Part shown: piece by piece, positions 47,066 to 56,720 of the stretch | How the letters are laid out: the number at the start of each line of letters is the position of its first letter | How positions within the stretch are numbered: the first letter of the stretch is position 1 | NCBI GenBank assembly: GCA_043747425.1 | Contig: JAYTPC010000138.1 | Span: 21,271-85,270 of the forward strand | Direction of reading: 5' to 3' | DNA: 64,000 nucleotides | Source: Bdellovibrionales bacterium | Lineage (GTDB): Bacteria; Bdellovibrionota; Bdellovibrionia; Bdellovibrionales; Bdellovibrionaceae | Notes under the pieces: model-generated | Told to the model about the DNA's origin: nothing | Database searches by the model: none | The model's input: only the letters and a program-made list of their open reading frames with translations | Position numbers and translations under genes: made by a program

Positions 47066-47830
47066 TTAAAAATCGTCTTCCACTGGTGGAGGCGGTGGCG
47101 GTGGAATATCACCAAAGCCAGAATCAACACCACCAAATCCCATACTACCATCGAAGTTCATTGGCGGTGGAGGCGGCGGCGGAATGTCTTCGAAATTATC
47201 CATTGGCGCTGGCATATATTCTGGCTGCGGAAAATCATCGAAGGCTGCCGGCGGCGGTGCAAAGCCACTACTTCCACTGGACCCACTTGATCCAGAATTT
47301 GCTTTCCCACTACTTCCAACCCATTTATTTTTGCCACGTTTTCTTAAATCAAAACGCGGCCGCTTTTGGTCAATGTTTAATTCTTCAAGTTCTTGCGCTA
47401 TATCTGAAGGACTTTGCCGGCCTACTATTTTTTGCCGAGTTTGCACAACTAAACGCCGTGCCTGTTCACTTTTGAGCTCTTCTTGTTGTTTTATTTTTTG
47501 GTCTTGTTTGAATTCGGGTCCGTCATCTGTTGGAGATTTATCTTTTTTTCGCGACCGATATTCTGACAAGCCCCGTTCACGGGTTATTTCCCACTTCTCT
47601 TGTTGTTCTAGAAAAAGAGCTAACTCTTTTTCGCGTTCGTTATCGAATGCTTTTCGAGCTTTTCTTTCTGCCTTAAATTCTTTTTTTCTGGCTTGATCGT
47701 GGCCTGCTTCAGAATTAAGCGTTTGCAACATTTGACGATCGATTTCGGCAGCACGAAGGCCAACGTGCGAAAATTGCAGCAAGAACGTACAGAAACAGAA
47801 TATTATTCGTACAATTCTCATTTTCTTCAC
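47066..47830 (-). CDS. Secreted charged coiled-coil protein with two heptaproline motifs
   Basis: 254 aa with a signal peptide, a K/R/E-rich centre, (SGS)n, then EDIPPPPPPPMNFDG and GDIPPPPPPPVEDDF at the C-terminus. Confidence 0.65.
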   Translation of the reverse strand: MKKMRIVRIIFCFCTFLLQFSHVGLRAAEIDRQMLQTLNSEAGHDQARKKEFKAERKARKAFDNEREKELALFLEQQEKWEITRERGLSEYRSRKKDKSPTDDGPEFKQDQKIKQQEELKSEQARRLVVQTRQKIVGRQSPSDIAQELEELNIDQKRPRFDLRKRGKNKWVGSSGKANSGSSGSSGSSGFAPPPAAFDDFPQPEYMPAPMDNFEDIPPPPPPPMNFDGSMGFGGVDSGFGDIPPPPPPPVEDDF

Positions 47831-47934
47831 TCTTGTACTTTAATTTGGATTTATTTTTTTAGACATTTGATTTTTTAAAATTCTCGACCTTTGTCTTTAC
47901 CTTGGGCTAGTTATCAGATAACTTGTCTTCACTT

Positions 47935-48966
47935 ATGGAAATGCTTGAAACAATCGGAATATTTTTTGCCCAGACATTTATAATCGTAGTCGCTATCATC
48001 GCTGTCCTCATCACGATCGCAAGCCTTGCATTAAAGAATAAAAATAAAGGCGCTTTCGAAATTGATTTATTGCATGAGAAGTATGAAGACCAAACCCAAG
48101 CCTTGAAAGAAGCTTTTTTAACAGACGCTGAAATCAAAAAAGAACACAAGCGTCTAAAAAAAGAGGCCAAACTTAAAAATAAAGAAGCAGATCCAAAACC
48201 GCAGGGAAGAGTTTTTGTTGTCGAGTTTTTAAACGGCGATATAAAAGCGTCTGATTCTGAAAATTTAAAAGAAGAAGTAAATACTATTCTGGGTGTTGCT
48301 ACAGCAGATGACGAAGTGGTCGTAAAAGTCGAAAGCCCAGGCGGTTTGGTACACAGTTACGGATACGCTGCAGCCCAACTAATTCGTATTCGTGATGCAA
48401 AAATTCCGTTAACGATTTGTGTGGACCAGCTCGCTGCCAGCGGCGGCTACTTGATGGCTTGTGTCGGAAGCAAAGTTTTAGCAGCTCCTTTTGCCTTAAT
48501 TGGCTCTATCGGTGTCGTGGCTCAAGTTCCTAACTTTTATCGCCTACTTAAAAAGCATGACGTGGACTATAAAGAATACACGGCCGGAGACTACAAACGC
48601 ACCGTCAGTTTATTTGGAGAAATCACCGAAAAAGGCGAAACAAAATTTAAAGAACAGCTCGAAATAACACATCAATTATTTAAATCTTTTGTTTCGAAAT
48701 ACCGCCCTCAGCTGGATCTGGCAAAAGTAGCCACCGGCGAGTTCTGGTACGGAGAAAACGCTAAAGCCTTAGGACTTATAGATGAAATCAAAACAAGCGA
48801 CGAGTATTTATTAACGCTTGCAAAAGACCACCAGGTTGTAAAAATATCGTTCGAGCAAAAACCAACATTTATGGAAAAATTATCAGACGGTTTTTCAGGT
48901 GCCATTACCAAGGCGATAACTCACATAATTCATAGAATGACCTCTGAAAATACGGTTGCCAAATAG
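47935..48966 (+). CDS. sohB: Peptidase S49, SohB-type
   Basis: MEMLETIGIFFAQTFIIVVAI resembles the E. coli SohB N-terminus. VVVKVESPGGLV and AASGGYLMA are S49 motifs. The track ORF starts at TTG 47923. Confidence 0.85.
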   Translation: MEMLETIGIFFAQTFIIVVAIIAVLITIASLALKNKNKGAFEIDLLHEKYEDQTQALKEAFLTDAEIKKEHKRLKKEAKLKNKEADPKPQGRVFVVEFLNGDIKASDSENLKEEVNTILGVATADDEVVVKVESPGGLVHSYGYAAAQLIRIRDAKIPLTICVDQLAASGGYLMACVGSKVLAAPFALIGSIGVVAQVPNFYRLLKKHDVDYKEYTAGDYKRTVSLFGEITEKGETKFKEQLEITHQLFKSFVSKYRPQLDLAKVATGEFWYGENAKALGLIDEIKTSDEYLLTLAKDHQVVKISFEQKPTFMEKLSDGFSGAITKAITHIIHRMTSENTVAK

Positions 48967-49021
48967 CAGTCACGCTGATAGCTCTGACGTCTGTCTTGTT
49001 CCTTCTTTCATGAGGTAATTT

Positions 49022-49984
49022 TTGAGCCCAGTTGTTCAGGTAAAAGATCTAGAAACGACCTTCTTTTTAAAGTCTGGGCCTTTCCGTGCGGTCAACCGTA
49101 TTTCTTATTCCATCGACCAAGGGGAAACTCTGGGAATCGTCGGCGAATCCGGCTGCGGCAAATCAGTAACTTCTTTTTCATTGATGCAGCTGATTGAAAG
49201 ACCTGGAAAAGTAACTCGAGGCGAAGCTCTGTTGAATGGTAAGGATTTATTCAAATTAAATCAGTCTGAAATAGAATCCATTCGTGGCGGCAAAATGGCT
49301 ATGATATTTCAAGAGCCCATGACCGCTTTAAATCCGGTACTAACTATCGGCTACCAAATGAACGAGCAAATCGAAAAACATTTAAAATTATCGAAAAAAG
49401 ACGCCAAAGACCGAGCCATCGAAATGCTGCAGCTGGTGGGAATTCCCTCTGCTAGCGAGCGCTACGACAACTACTCACACCAATTATCCGGCGGAATGCG
49501 ACAGCGCGCCATGATTGCGATGGCCTTGTCTTGTAACCCCCAGTTTCTGATAGCTGATGAACCTACAACAGCTTTAGATGTAACGATACAAGCACAAATT
49601 CTAGAACTTTTCCAAAGCCTGCAAGAAAAACTGAAAATGACCGTACAGTTCATCACTCATGATCTAGGGGTTATCTCAGAAGTATCCGACCGAGTTCTTG
49701 TGATGTACGCGGGGCAAATGTGTGAAACCGGTCTTACACAAGAGGTGTTAACATCACCTAAACATCCTTACACGGCGGCATTGATTCAATCTCGTCCACA
49801 AATGGGTCAACGTATTGAGCGTTTAAAAACGATTGAAGGCAGCGTTCCTGCGGCTCATGAATTGCCAGCAGGTTGCCCGTTTTCGAATCGCTGCCCGCGT
49901 GTAAAATCTGAATGCTGGTCCATAAAGCCGCCCTTTGAAAACATAACCCCAACTCGCAAAATCGCGTGCTTTAATCCACTTTAG
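49022..49984 (+). CDS. oppD: Peptide ABC transporter ATP-binding protein (OppD/DppD type)
   Basis: 320 aa with GESGCGKS, LSGGMRQR, LIADEPTTALD and a C-terminal Cys-containing oligopeptide_C domain. TTG start with a GAGG upstream. Confidence 0.88.
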   Translation: MSPVVQVKDLETTFFLKSGPFRAVNRISYSIDQGETLGIVGESGCGKSVTSFSLMQLIERPGKVTRGEALLNGKDLFKLNQSEIESIRGGKMAMIFQEPMTALNPVLTIGYQMNEQIEKHLKLSKKDAKDRAIEMLQLVGIPSASERYDNYSHQLSGGMRQRAMIAMALSCNPQFLIADEPTTALDVTIQAQILELFQSLQEKLKMTVQFITHDLGVISEVSDRVLVMYAGQMCETGLTQEVLTSPKHPYTAALIQSRPQMGQRIERLKTIEGSVPAAHELPAGCPFSNRCPRVKSECWSIKPPFENITPTRKIACFNPL

Positions 49985-50002
49985 GAAAAGGTTTTAATAC
50001 AA

Positions 50003-51031
50003 ATGAGCATACAGACTAGCGATATCATTCTAGAAACTAAGGGGCTTAAAAAACACTTTCCGATACGTAAAGGATTTTTCTTGCGTGAAGTTGGTGCCGT
50101 GAAAGCTGTCGACGATGTTGATTTGACTGTTTTTCGTGGTGAAACTTTGGGTCTGGTTGGCGAATCTGGCTGCGGTAAATCAACTCTTGGCCGTGCTTTG
50201 ATCAGACTGTACGAACCAACTGCTGGAACCATCCAATTCGATGGAGCTGACTTTTTACACGCGAAAGGCGAAGCACTAAGACAAAAGCGAAAAGATCTGC
50301 AAATGATTTTTCAAGATCCTTATGCTTCTTTAGACCCACGCATGACAGTCGGTCAAATTATCGAACAGCCATTTCATATTCACAACATGCTAGAACAAAC
50401 TGAACGCCGCGCCCGCGTGAAACAACTTCTGGAGCTTGTTGGACTAAAAGCTTCTCACGTGAATCGCTACCCGCATGAATTCTCTGGTGGTCAACGCCAG
50501 CGTATTTCAATTGCAAGAGCCATTGCCTTAGATCCAAAACTAATTATTTGCGACGAACCTGTTAGCGCTTTAGATGTTTCAATCCAGGCACAAATACTAA
50601 ATTTACTAAAAGATTTGCAAGCCAGATTGAAATTAACTTATGTTTTTATTTCTCATGATTTGTCGGTGATCGAACACGTGTGCGACCGCATTGCTGTTAT
50701 GTATCTTGGTCGCATCGTAGAAATCGCATCCCGTGATGAATTATTTAAAAGTCCGCAGCATCCGTACACGCAAGCTTTGATGTCTTCGATACCAACGATA
50801 GGACTTGGCAAAAAAAAGATGAGCAAAATTTTAACCGGCGAAATTCCATCGCCAATTAATCCACCATCAGGCTGTACGTTTCATCCGCGCTGTGCTTATA
50901 AGATGGATATGTGTGTGAACACGACTCCGGCCCTTCGTGGATCTCCGGGGCATCTGCGCTCTTGTCATTTAGATTTAGATATGAATTCAAAATTTAAAAC
51001 AAATTCAACAACACCAAAGGAGTTGTTATGA
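50003..51031 (+). CDS. oppF: Peptide ABC transporter ATP-binding protein (OppF/DppF type)
   Basis: 342 aa with GESGCGKST, FSGGQRQR and IICDEPVSALD. Confidence 0.88.
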   Translation: MSIQTSDIILETKGLKKHFPIRKGFFLREVGAVKAVDDVDLTVFRGETLGLVGESGCGKSTLGRALIRLYEPTAGTIQFDGADFLHAKGEALRQKRKDLQMIFQDPYASLDPRMTVGQIIEQPFHIHNMLEQTERRARVKQLLELVGLKASHVNRYPHEFSGGQRQRISIARAIALDPKLIICDEPVSALDVSIQAQILNLLKDLQARLKLTYVFISHDLSVIEHVCDRIAVMYLGRIVEIASRDELFKSPQHPYTQALMSSIPTIGLGKKKMSKILTGEIPSPINPPSGCTFHPRCAYKMDMCVNTTPALRGSPGHLRSCHLDLDMNSKFKTNSTTPKELL

Positions 51032-52761
51032 AAAATTTAAGCCTTGTTCTGATCGCGCTAGCAATCGTAGTGGGTTGCACAAAAAAAGAGGACACGTCGG
51101 CGACTGCCACTGGAACCAATGCACAAGTCGCAACGACAAAATTGACGAACGAAGAATTAAAAGTTGGAATTTCACAAGAATTTGAAAACTTTAATCCTTT
51201 GATCGCCAGCATGATGGCAACAACGTACATGCAGCGAATGGTGAACCGCACTTTGGTAATCATCGACACTGAGGGCAAATGGGTTCCTCAATTAGCGAAA
51301 TCAATTCCCACATTAGAAAATGGCGGTGCTAAAATCACCGACAAAGGTGGCAAGAAAACTTTAACAGCTGTTTGGGAAATTCTCGATGCAGCTGTTTGGG
51401 GTGATGGTAAACCAGTCCTTTGTGAAGATTTTGCTTTTGCTATCAAAGTGGCTTCTTCGGCGAACGTTGGTGTTGGCGAAAAAGAAGTTTACACCCAAGT
51501 TCAAAAAGTAGATATCGATGCTAAAAATCCAAAAAAATGTACATTTACTTATGACAAAGTAAAATGGGATTTTTACCAACTAGGAACGTTTTTTCCACTA
51601 CCAAAACATTTAGAAGAACCTGTGTTCAAGAAATATGGCGCGCAGAAAGAGGGCTACGAAAAAAATTCGACCTATTCCAAAGAGCCCACAAACGTTGGTC
51701 TATACAATGGCCCTTACGTTTTATCAGAAATTCAGTTGGGTGATCATGTGACTTTCACACCAAATCCAAAATTTTATGGTGAACCGGCAAAAATCAAAAA
51801 AATTATTGTGAAACTGATTCCAAACACCGGAACATTAGAGGCCAACTTACGTTCAGGCACTATTGATCTTATTTCGGTATTAGGCTTAGCTTTAGACCAA
51901 GCTTTGGCATTTGAGAAAAAAGTAAAAGAAGAAAAGCTACAGTACTCGGTTTTATTTCAGCCAAGTGCAGTTTACGAGCATATCGATTTAAACATGGATA
52001 ATGCTGCGTTAAAGGACGTGCGCGTTCGTAAAGCCCTGCACTTTGCTATCAATAAAGAAGACCTCGTGAATGCTCTTTTTGAAGGTAAACAACAACCAGC
52101 TGTTCACAACGTGACTCCGAAAGATCCATGGTTCACCGATGATCCAACTAAGATCACAGTTTATAAATATTCTAAGCGTGAAGCAGATCGTCTTTTAGAC
52201 GAAGCTGGCTGGAAAATGGGCGCTGACGGCATCCGCACGAAAGACGGCAAAAAACTTTCGTTCACATTGATGACCACTGCTGGAAATAAAACTCGTGAAT
52301 TGGTGCAAGTTTATTTACAGAATCAGTGGAAACAAGTCGGAATCGAAGTAAATTCAAAGAATGAACCAGCTCGTGTATTCTTCGGTGAAACGACGAAAAA
52401 ACGGGGTTTTGATTCTATGGCTTTATTTGCATGGGTTTCTTCACCTGAGGCTTCTCCAAAATCAACTTTTTCTAGCAAAAATATTCCAACTGCAAAAAAT
52501 GGCTGGTCTGGTCAAAACTACATGGGTTGGAAAAATGCCAAAGTAGATACTTTGTTAGAATCATTGGATACAGAATTTAAACCAGAAAAACGTGTAGAAA
52601 TCGTTCATCAGGTTTTAAAAGCTTACACAGACGAAGTCCCGGTCTTGCCGTTATATTATCGATCTGATGTTGCCGTTATTCCAACGCAGATGAAGGGCTA
52701 TAAATTAACTGGTCATCAGTTTCCAGAAACAAACGAAGTCGAGAAATGGACTGTCGAATAG
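51028..52761 (+). CDS. oppA: Peptide ABC transporter substrate-binding lipoprotein (SBP family 5)
   Basis: 577 aa with the lipobox LAIVVGC and family-5 SBP length and motifs. ATGA overlap with oppF. Confidence 0.85.
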   Translation: MKNLSLVLIALAIVVGCTKKEDTSATATGTNAQVATTKLTNEELKVGISQEFENFNPLIASMMATTYMQRMVNRTLVIIDTEGKWVPQLAKSIPTLENGGAKITDKGGKKTLTAVWEILDAAVWGDGKPVLCEDFAFAIKVASSANVGVGEKEVYTQVQKVDIDAKNPKKCTFTYDKVKWDFYQLGTFFPLPKHLEEPVFKKYGAQKEGYEKNSTYSKEPTNVGLYNGPYVLSEIQLGDHVTFTPNPKFYGEPAKIKKIIVKLIPNTGTLEANLRSGTIDLISVLGLALDQALAFEKKVKEEKLQYSVLFQPSAVYEHIDLNMDNAALKDVRVRKALHFAINKEDLVNALFEGKQQPAVHNVTPKDPWFTDDPTKITVYKYSKREADRLLDEAGWKMGADGIRTKDGKKLSFTLMTTAGNKTRELVQVYLQNQWKQVGIEVNSKNEPARVFFGETTKKRGFDSMALFAWVSSPEASPKSTFSSKNIPTAKNGWSGQNYMGWKNAKVDTLLESLDTEFKPEKRVEIVHQVLKAYTDEVPVLPLYYRSDVAVIPTQMKGYKLTGHQFPETNEVEKWTVE

Positions 52762-53733
52762 ATGACGACTTTTATATTGCGTAGGTTGCTACAAACTTTA
52801 TTAGTGATTATCATTTTGTCGTACGTGTGTTTTGGTTTAATGACTTTAATGCCCGGCGACCCTGTTGAAATGATGATTTCAGCAAATCCAAAAATCACTC
52901 AGGAAGATGTCACGCGTCTGCGCGATTTTTACGGACTGGATCAACCAGTCTATAAACGTTATTTAAATTGGGTCTCTGATATCACTAGCGGAGACCTTGG
53001 TTATTCCCGAACGTACCGAATTCCAGTCACCGACATGATGGGTCCCTCACTTCGCGCGACTTTCATTCTGTCGATGACGTCATTGATTTTTTCTTTGCTA
53101 GTGGCAATACCGCTTGGAATTATTTGTGCTTTGAAACCGAATTCAAAAATCGATTATGCCATCAATCTATTTAATTTTGCAGGAATATCACTACCCTCAT
53201 TTTGGCTTGGTATTGTTTTAATTATTATTTTTTCAGTAAAACTGGGCTGGCTACCTGCTGGCGGCTACCAAACTACAGGTATGAGTTACAACTCGTGGTT
53301 TGCAGAGATCTTAGATAAGGGTAAGTACTTAATCTTGCCTGTTGTGTCGTTATCGATTCAATCCATTGGTCGATTTTCCCGTTTTGTACGCTCTTCGATG
53401 CTTGAATCCATGCGAAACGATTTTATTCGCACGGCACGCGCCAAAGGAATGTCAGCTCAAGTGGTGATTTGGCGTCATGGCTTTCGGAATGCTTTGATCC
53501 CACTGGTAACTATTATCGCAATCAGTTTTTCTTCGATTTTTTCTGGCGCCCTTATCACTGAAACTTTATTTGCTTATCCTGGTGTTGGTCGTTTGATCTA
53601 CTCATCGATCATGGGGAATGATTTTAATGTGGCTATGATTTCATTTGTTATATCAGTCAGCATGGTGCTGTTTATGAATTTGGTTGCGGACCTTCTTTAC
53701 GGCGTGGTCGACCCCCGCATTTCGTACAAATAG
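52762..53733 (+). CDS. oppB: Peptide ABC transporter permease (OppB/DppB type)
   Basis: 323 aa with MTTFILRRLLQTLLVIIIL at the N-terminus and an EAA-type loop (RTARAKGMS). Confidence 0.88.
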   Translation: MTTFILRRLLQTLLVIIILSYVCFGLMTLMPGDPVEMMISANPKITQEDVTRLRDFYGLDQPVYKRYLNWVSDITSGDLGYSRTYRIPVTDMMGPSLRATFILSMTSLIFSLLVAIPLGIICALKPNSKIDYAINLFNFAGISLPSFWLGIVLIIIFSVKLGWLPAGGYQTTGMSYNSWFAEILDKGKYLILPVVSLSIQSIGRFSRFVRSSMLESMRNDFIRTARAKGMSAQVVIWRHGFRNALIPLVTIIAISFSSIFSGALITETLFAYPGVGRLIYSSIMGNDFNVAMISFVISVSMVLFMNLVADLLYGVVDPRISYK

Positions 53734-53739
53734 GAAAAA

Positions 53740-54930
53740 ATGACGACAGATAAAAGACTTAATAAATCTCAGATAGCTGAAATGGAAAAAGCCCAAAGTC
53801 TTTGGCAGATCGTCTATCAACAATTTAAAGAACATAAAGCCGCCGTCGTTGGCGCTTACACAATATTATTTTTTGTTATAGTTGCCTTATCAGCTCCGCT
53901 GATTGAAATGGCCTTGGGGCTAGATGCCAGTTCGCAAAACGTTTTTAATCGGTACAAACCACCAATGTCTAGAATACAAGCCAGTTCAGACACAAAAGAG
54001 TCAGCGATTCAAAAATTTATCAACATGAACGGCTCTGAAGCCGCAGAAATTCAAAAACAGTTTTTAGAAAAAAATCTGATTTCTCCAGTTAGACCCGAAG
54101 ACACTTTGTATGAATGGGTGCAGCTAGATAAAGGCAAAGCTTTATCTGCCTTAGATGGTATTAATTCACCCAAAAAAGATGAACTGCAAAAAATAATAAA
54201 AAGTTTTGAAACATTTCACATTTTAGGCACTGACGAACTGGGCCGAGACGTCTTGATGCGCCTTATTTACGGAACACGTGTATCAATGGGCGTTGGTATC
54301 TTAGTAGCTCTGGTCTCTGCACTACTTGGATTGATTATTGGATCTGTGGCAGGCTTCTACGGCGGCGTCGTGGACACTATCCTAATGCGTGTCACAGACG
54401 CTTTGTTATCACTTCCTTTGATGCCAGTGTTGATCGTTGTAGCTGCCATAGATCTACAAAAAATTCCATTTATGCAGGCACTGATCTCAACAGGAAACGA
54501 AAGCATACTTAAACTTGTATTTATATTTTGTTTGTTTTCGTGGATGACTGTCGCCCGCTTGGTCCGAGGCAGTATTTTATCACTGCGTGAACGAGAATTC
54601 GTTCTAGCAGCCAGAACATTAGGAGCAAGAGACCGCACCATTATTTTCAGACATATGTTCCCTAATGTAATTGCGCCACTCTTGGTATCGGTCACTTTGG
54701 GAGTCGGCGAATCTATTTTATTTGAAGCGGCGCTCAGCTTTTTAGGACTAGGGATTCAACCGCCCACTCCAAGTTGGGGTAACATGCTTTTTAATGCGCA
54801 AGAATTAATTTATCAGGCTCCTTATTTGGCCATATTGCCAGGGTTGCTGATTTTCTTTGTCACGATCAGCTTCAACTACTTGGGTGATGGCTTGCAAGAT
54901 GCCATAGATCCAAAAGCCATTCGTCGATAA
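53740..54930 (+). CDS. oppC: Peptide ABC transporter permease (OppC/DppC type) with an enlarged first periplasmic loop
   Basis: 396 aa with HILGTDELGRDVL and AARTLGA motifs. About 115 residues separate TM1 from the GTDxLGRD motif. Confidence 0.85.
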   Translation: MTTDKRLNKSQIAEMEKAQSLWQIVYQQFKEHKAAVVGAYTILFFVIVALSAPLIEMALGLDASSQNVFNRYKPPMSRIQASSDTKESAIQKFINMNGSEAAEIQKQFLEKNLISPVRPEDTLYEWVQLDKGKALSALDGINSPKKDELQKIIKSFETFHILGTDELGRDVLMRLIYGTRVSMGVGILVALVSALLGLIIGSVAGFYGGVVDTILMRVTDALLSLPLMPVLIVVAAIDLQKIPFMQALISTGNESILKLVFIFCLFSWMTVARLVRGSILSLREREFVLAARTLGARDRTIIFRHMFPNVIAPLLVSVTLGVGESILFEAALSFLGLGIQPPTPSWGNMLFNAQELIYQAPYLAILPGLLIFFVTISFNYLGDGLQDAIDPKAIRR

Positions 54931-55007
54931 CTTTGACAGCCTTGTTTATTTTACTTTCAAAATAGAAAATTTGGTTTTCATAGCGTTCACGATTCTTTAA
55001 AGCTCGT

Positions 55008-55036
55008 TTGACATTGGCATCTGTTTTGGACTCTTA
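55008..55036 (+). promoter_or_regulatory. Candidate sigma70-type promoter for the 55070 gene
   Basis: TTGACA at 55008-55013. The -10 candidates are only weak (TCTTAA/CTTAAT at 18-19 nt spacing). Confidence 0.25.
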
Positions 55037-55069
55037 ATCCCTTGTGTTTAATCCCACAAGGAGCTTTCT

Positions 55070-55606
55070 ATGAAAAAATATTCTACAACTTTATCTTTGG
55101 TTCTATCGACATTAACGATAACTTTTGGGTTCAGCGCTGTAAGTCTAGCCCAGGCTTCGATAGAACTCAGCTGCCGCGTAAAAGCCAAAGAGCTGGCTGC
55201 AGAAACCTACAAAGGGTGTATGACCGAAGGCCGACAATCACAAATAGAACAGATTCGAAAGGACTATAAAGAAAAATTGTCAGACCTGAAAAATCACTAC
55301 GACAAAGAACTTAAAAAACTAAATCCCAATACAGAAAACATCAGTTCAGAAAACAGCACTCCAAAAACAAAATACAATTCAAAGAAAGCAGAATTAAAAA
55401 AAGCAAAGGAACGGGTCACTGGCAACCGCATGCCGCTTAAAAAATCGAACACGCAAGTTATAGATTTTAGCTCCCAGACCTCAGAGCCAGGAATGGTTAA
55501 ATCGGACGAAACCCTGGACTCTCAGGCTCAGATCGATACGCCAGTCGACATACAAACGACTAGTAACGAGGAAATCGAAGTTGTTGAACTGCCACCGCAA
55601 AGGTAG
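55070..55606 (+). CDS. Hypothetical secreted Lys-rich protein
   Basis: 178 aa with a signal peptide (..LTITFGFSAVSLAQA) and an AAGGAG Shine-Dalgarno. No family recognised. Confidence 0.55.
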   Translation: MKKYSTTLSLVLSTLTITFGFSAVSLAQASIELSCRVKAKELAAETYKGCMTEGRQSQIEQIRKDYKEKLSDLKNHYDKELKKLNPNTENISSENSTPKTKYNSKKAELKKAKERVTGNRMPLKKSNTQVIDFSSQTSEPGMVKSDETLDSQAQIDTPVDIQTTSNEEIEVVELPPQR

Positions 55607-55642
55607 TACTCTAGATAAGTACTTATAACCACGAGGTGCTTC

Positions 55643-55882
55643 ATGGGTGAGTTTAGTCTTTCACATATCTTAATTTTAACTTTGATACTTTTAATTTTCT
55701 TCGGACCATCACGCTTGCCTGCGCTAGGTCAATCTATCGGTAAAGCGATAAAGGGCTTCAAACAGGGCCTAAGCGAAATTGATACTGAAGCAAAAGATGT
55801 AGGCCCACAATCACAGCTAAATCAGAACCAGCCAGGTATGACTGCCGAGCAAAAAATCGACAACAAAGTAGAAAAAAAGTAG
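55643..55882 (+). CDS. tatA: Twin-arginine translocase subunit TatA/E
   Basis: 79 aa. ILILTLILLIFFGPSRLPALGQSIGKAIKGFK is the canonical TatA TM plus amphipathic helix. Confidence 0.9.
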   Translation: MGEFSLSHILILTLILLIFFGPSRLPALGQSIGKAIKGFKQGLSEIDTEAKDVGPQSQLNQNQPGMTAEQKIDNKVEKK

Positions 55883-55961
55883 TTTTTAGATTCTTCTGAA
55901 AATTGCAGTAAGATAGTCCCTACTGCCCCGTTCTCAACAACTTGAGGCGGTATGTAAGAAA

Positions 55962-56720
55962 TTAAAACTCAGCCGGAGTTATATCGTCCGAGATTATCCC
56001 GTGAACAGAATCGCTAAAAAGCTTTCGTTCCACACTCGGCGCACCTACCTCTTGAATGTTTTCATTGTAAGTCCACAATACGACCGGAACTAGCTTACTA
56101 ATTCGGTGAAACATATCGTCTGACCAATCTTGAACTCGCAAATGAAGTACATGCGGCTTAGCAAAAAAGTTAAAAACCATCTTTCTAAAGTACCACTTGT
56201 TTTTCGGATGATCCTCTAACGTCAGTAGTAATGCGCGAAAAACATTTTTACATAAAAACCGGATACGTCCCAAAGCCAACGGATTAAAACTAGAAATTAA
56301 AATCTGATCCTGAATCTTAAAGTGGTGAATAATTTGGGAAACCTTTTTTTCTAAAGTCGCATCCCAGATGCTGTTGGTTTTTAGTTCTATGTTAATTTTA
56401 AAATCTTTGTCTGTGTGTTTTGATAACCAATAGCAAACTTCTTCTAGGGTGCTTACTGGATTTAATTTCAAAACGTCTTCGAAAAATATTTTTGAAACTG
56501 CTAAGCCATTCATTTTTTCATCATGAAAAAGTATTACCATTTTATCAGCAGTCAGACGCACATCAAATTCGACCATCTGGTATTTTAGTTCAGCAGCTTT
56601 TTGTATTGCGGCTAAAGTATTTTGCGGTAGCCCACCGACCCAGTAGCCCCTGTGGGCTTGCAGCCGCGGAAGCCAATTTCGTATCTGCGATGAAACTTGC
56701 CAGCGGATGGATGATTTCAT
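55962..56720 (-). CDS. Glycerophosphodiester phosphodiesterase family protein
   Basis: 252 aa with AHRGYW...NTLAAIQKA...VEFDVRLTADKMVILFHDE, the GDPD motifs. Confidence 0.8.
   Translation of the reverse strand: MKSSIRWQVSSQIRNWLPRLQAHRGYWVGGLPQNTLAAIQKAAELKYQMVEFDVRLTADKMVILFHDEKMNGLAVSKIFFEDVLKLNPVSTLEEVCYWLSKHTDKDFKINIELKTNSIWDATLEKKVSQIIHHFKIQDQILISSFNPLALGRIRFLCKNVFRALLLTLEDHPKNKWYFRKMVFNFFAKPHVLHLRVQDWSDDMFHRISKLVPVVLWTYNENIQEVGAPSVERKLFSDSVHGIISDDITPAEF

Noticed and set aside
47085-47182. GC-rich GGTGGAGGCGGTGGCGGTGG-type repeats that stand out from the AT-rich background. I considered a tandem DNA repeat or a foreign insert.
   Set aside because: They are simply the reverse complement of the Pro codons (CCN)7 encoding the two heptaproline motifs of the 47066..47830 protein.
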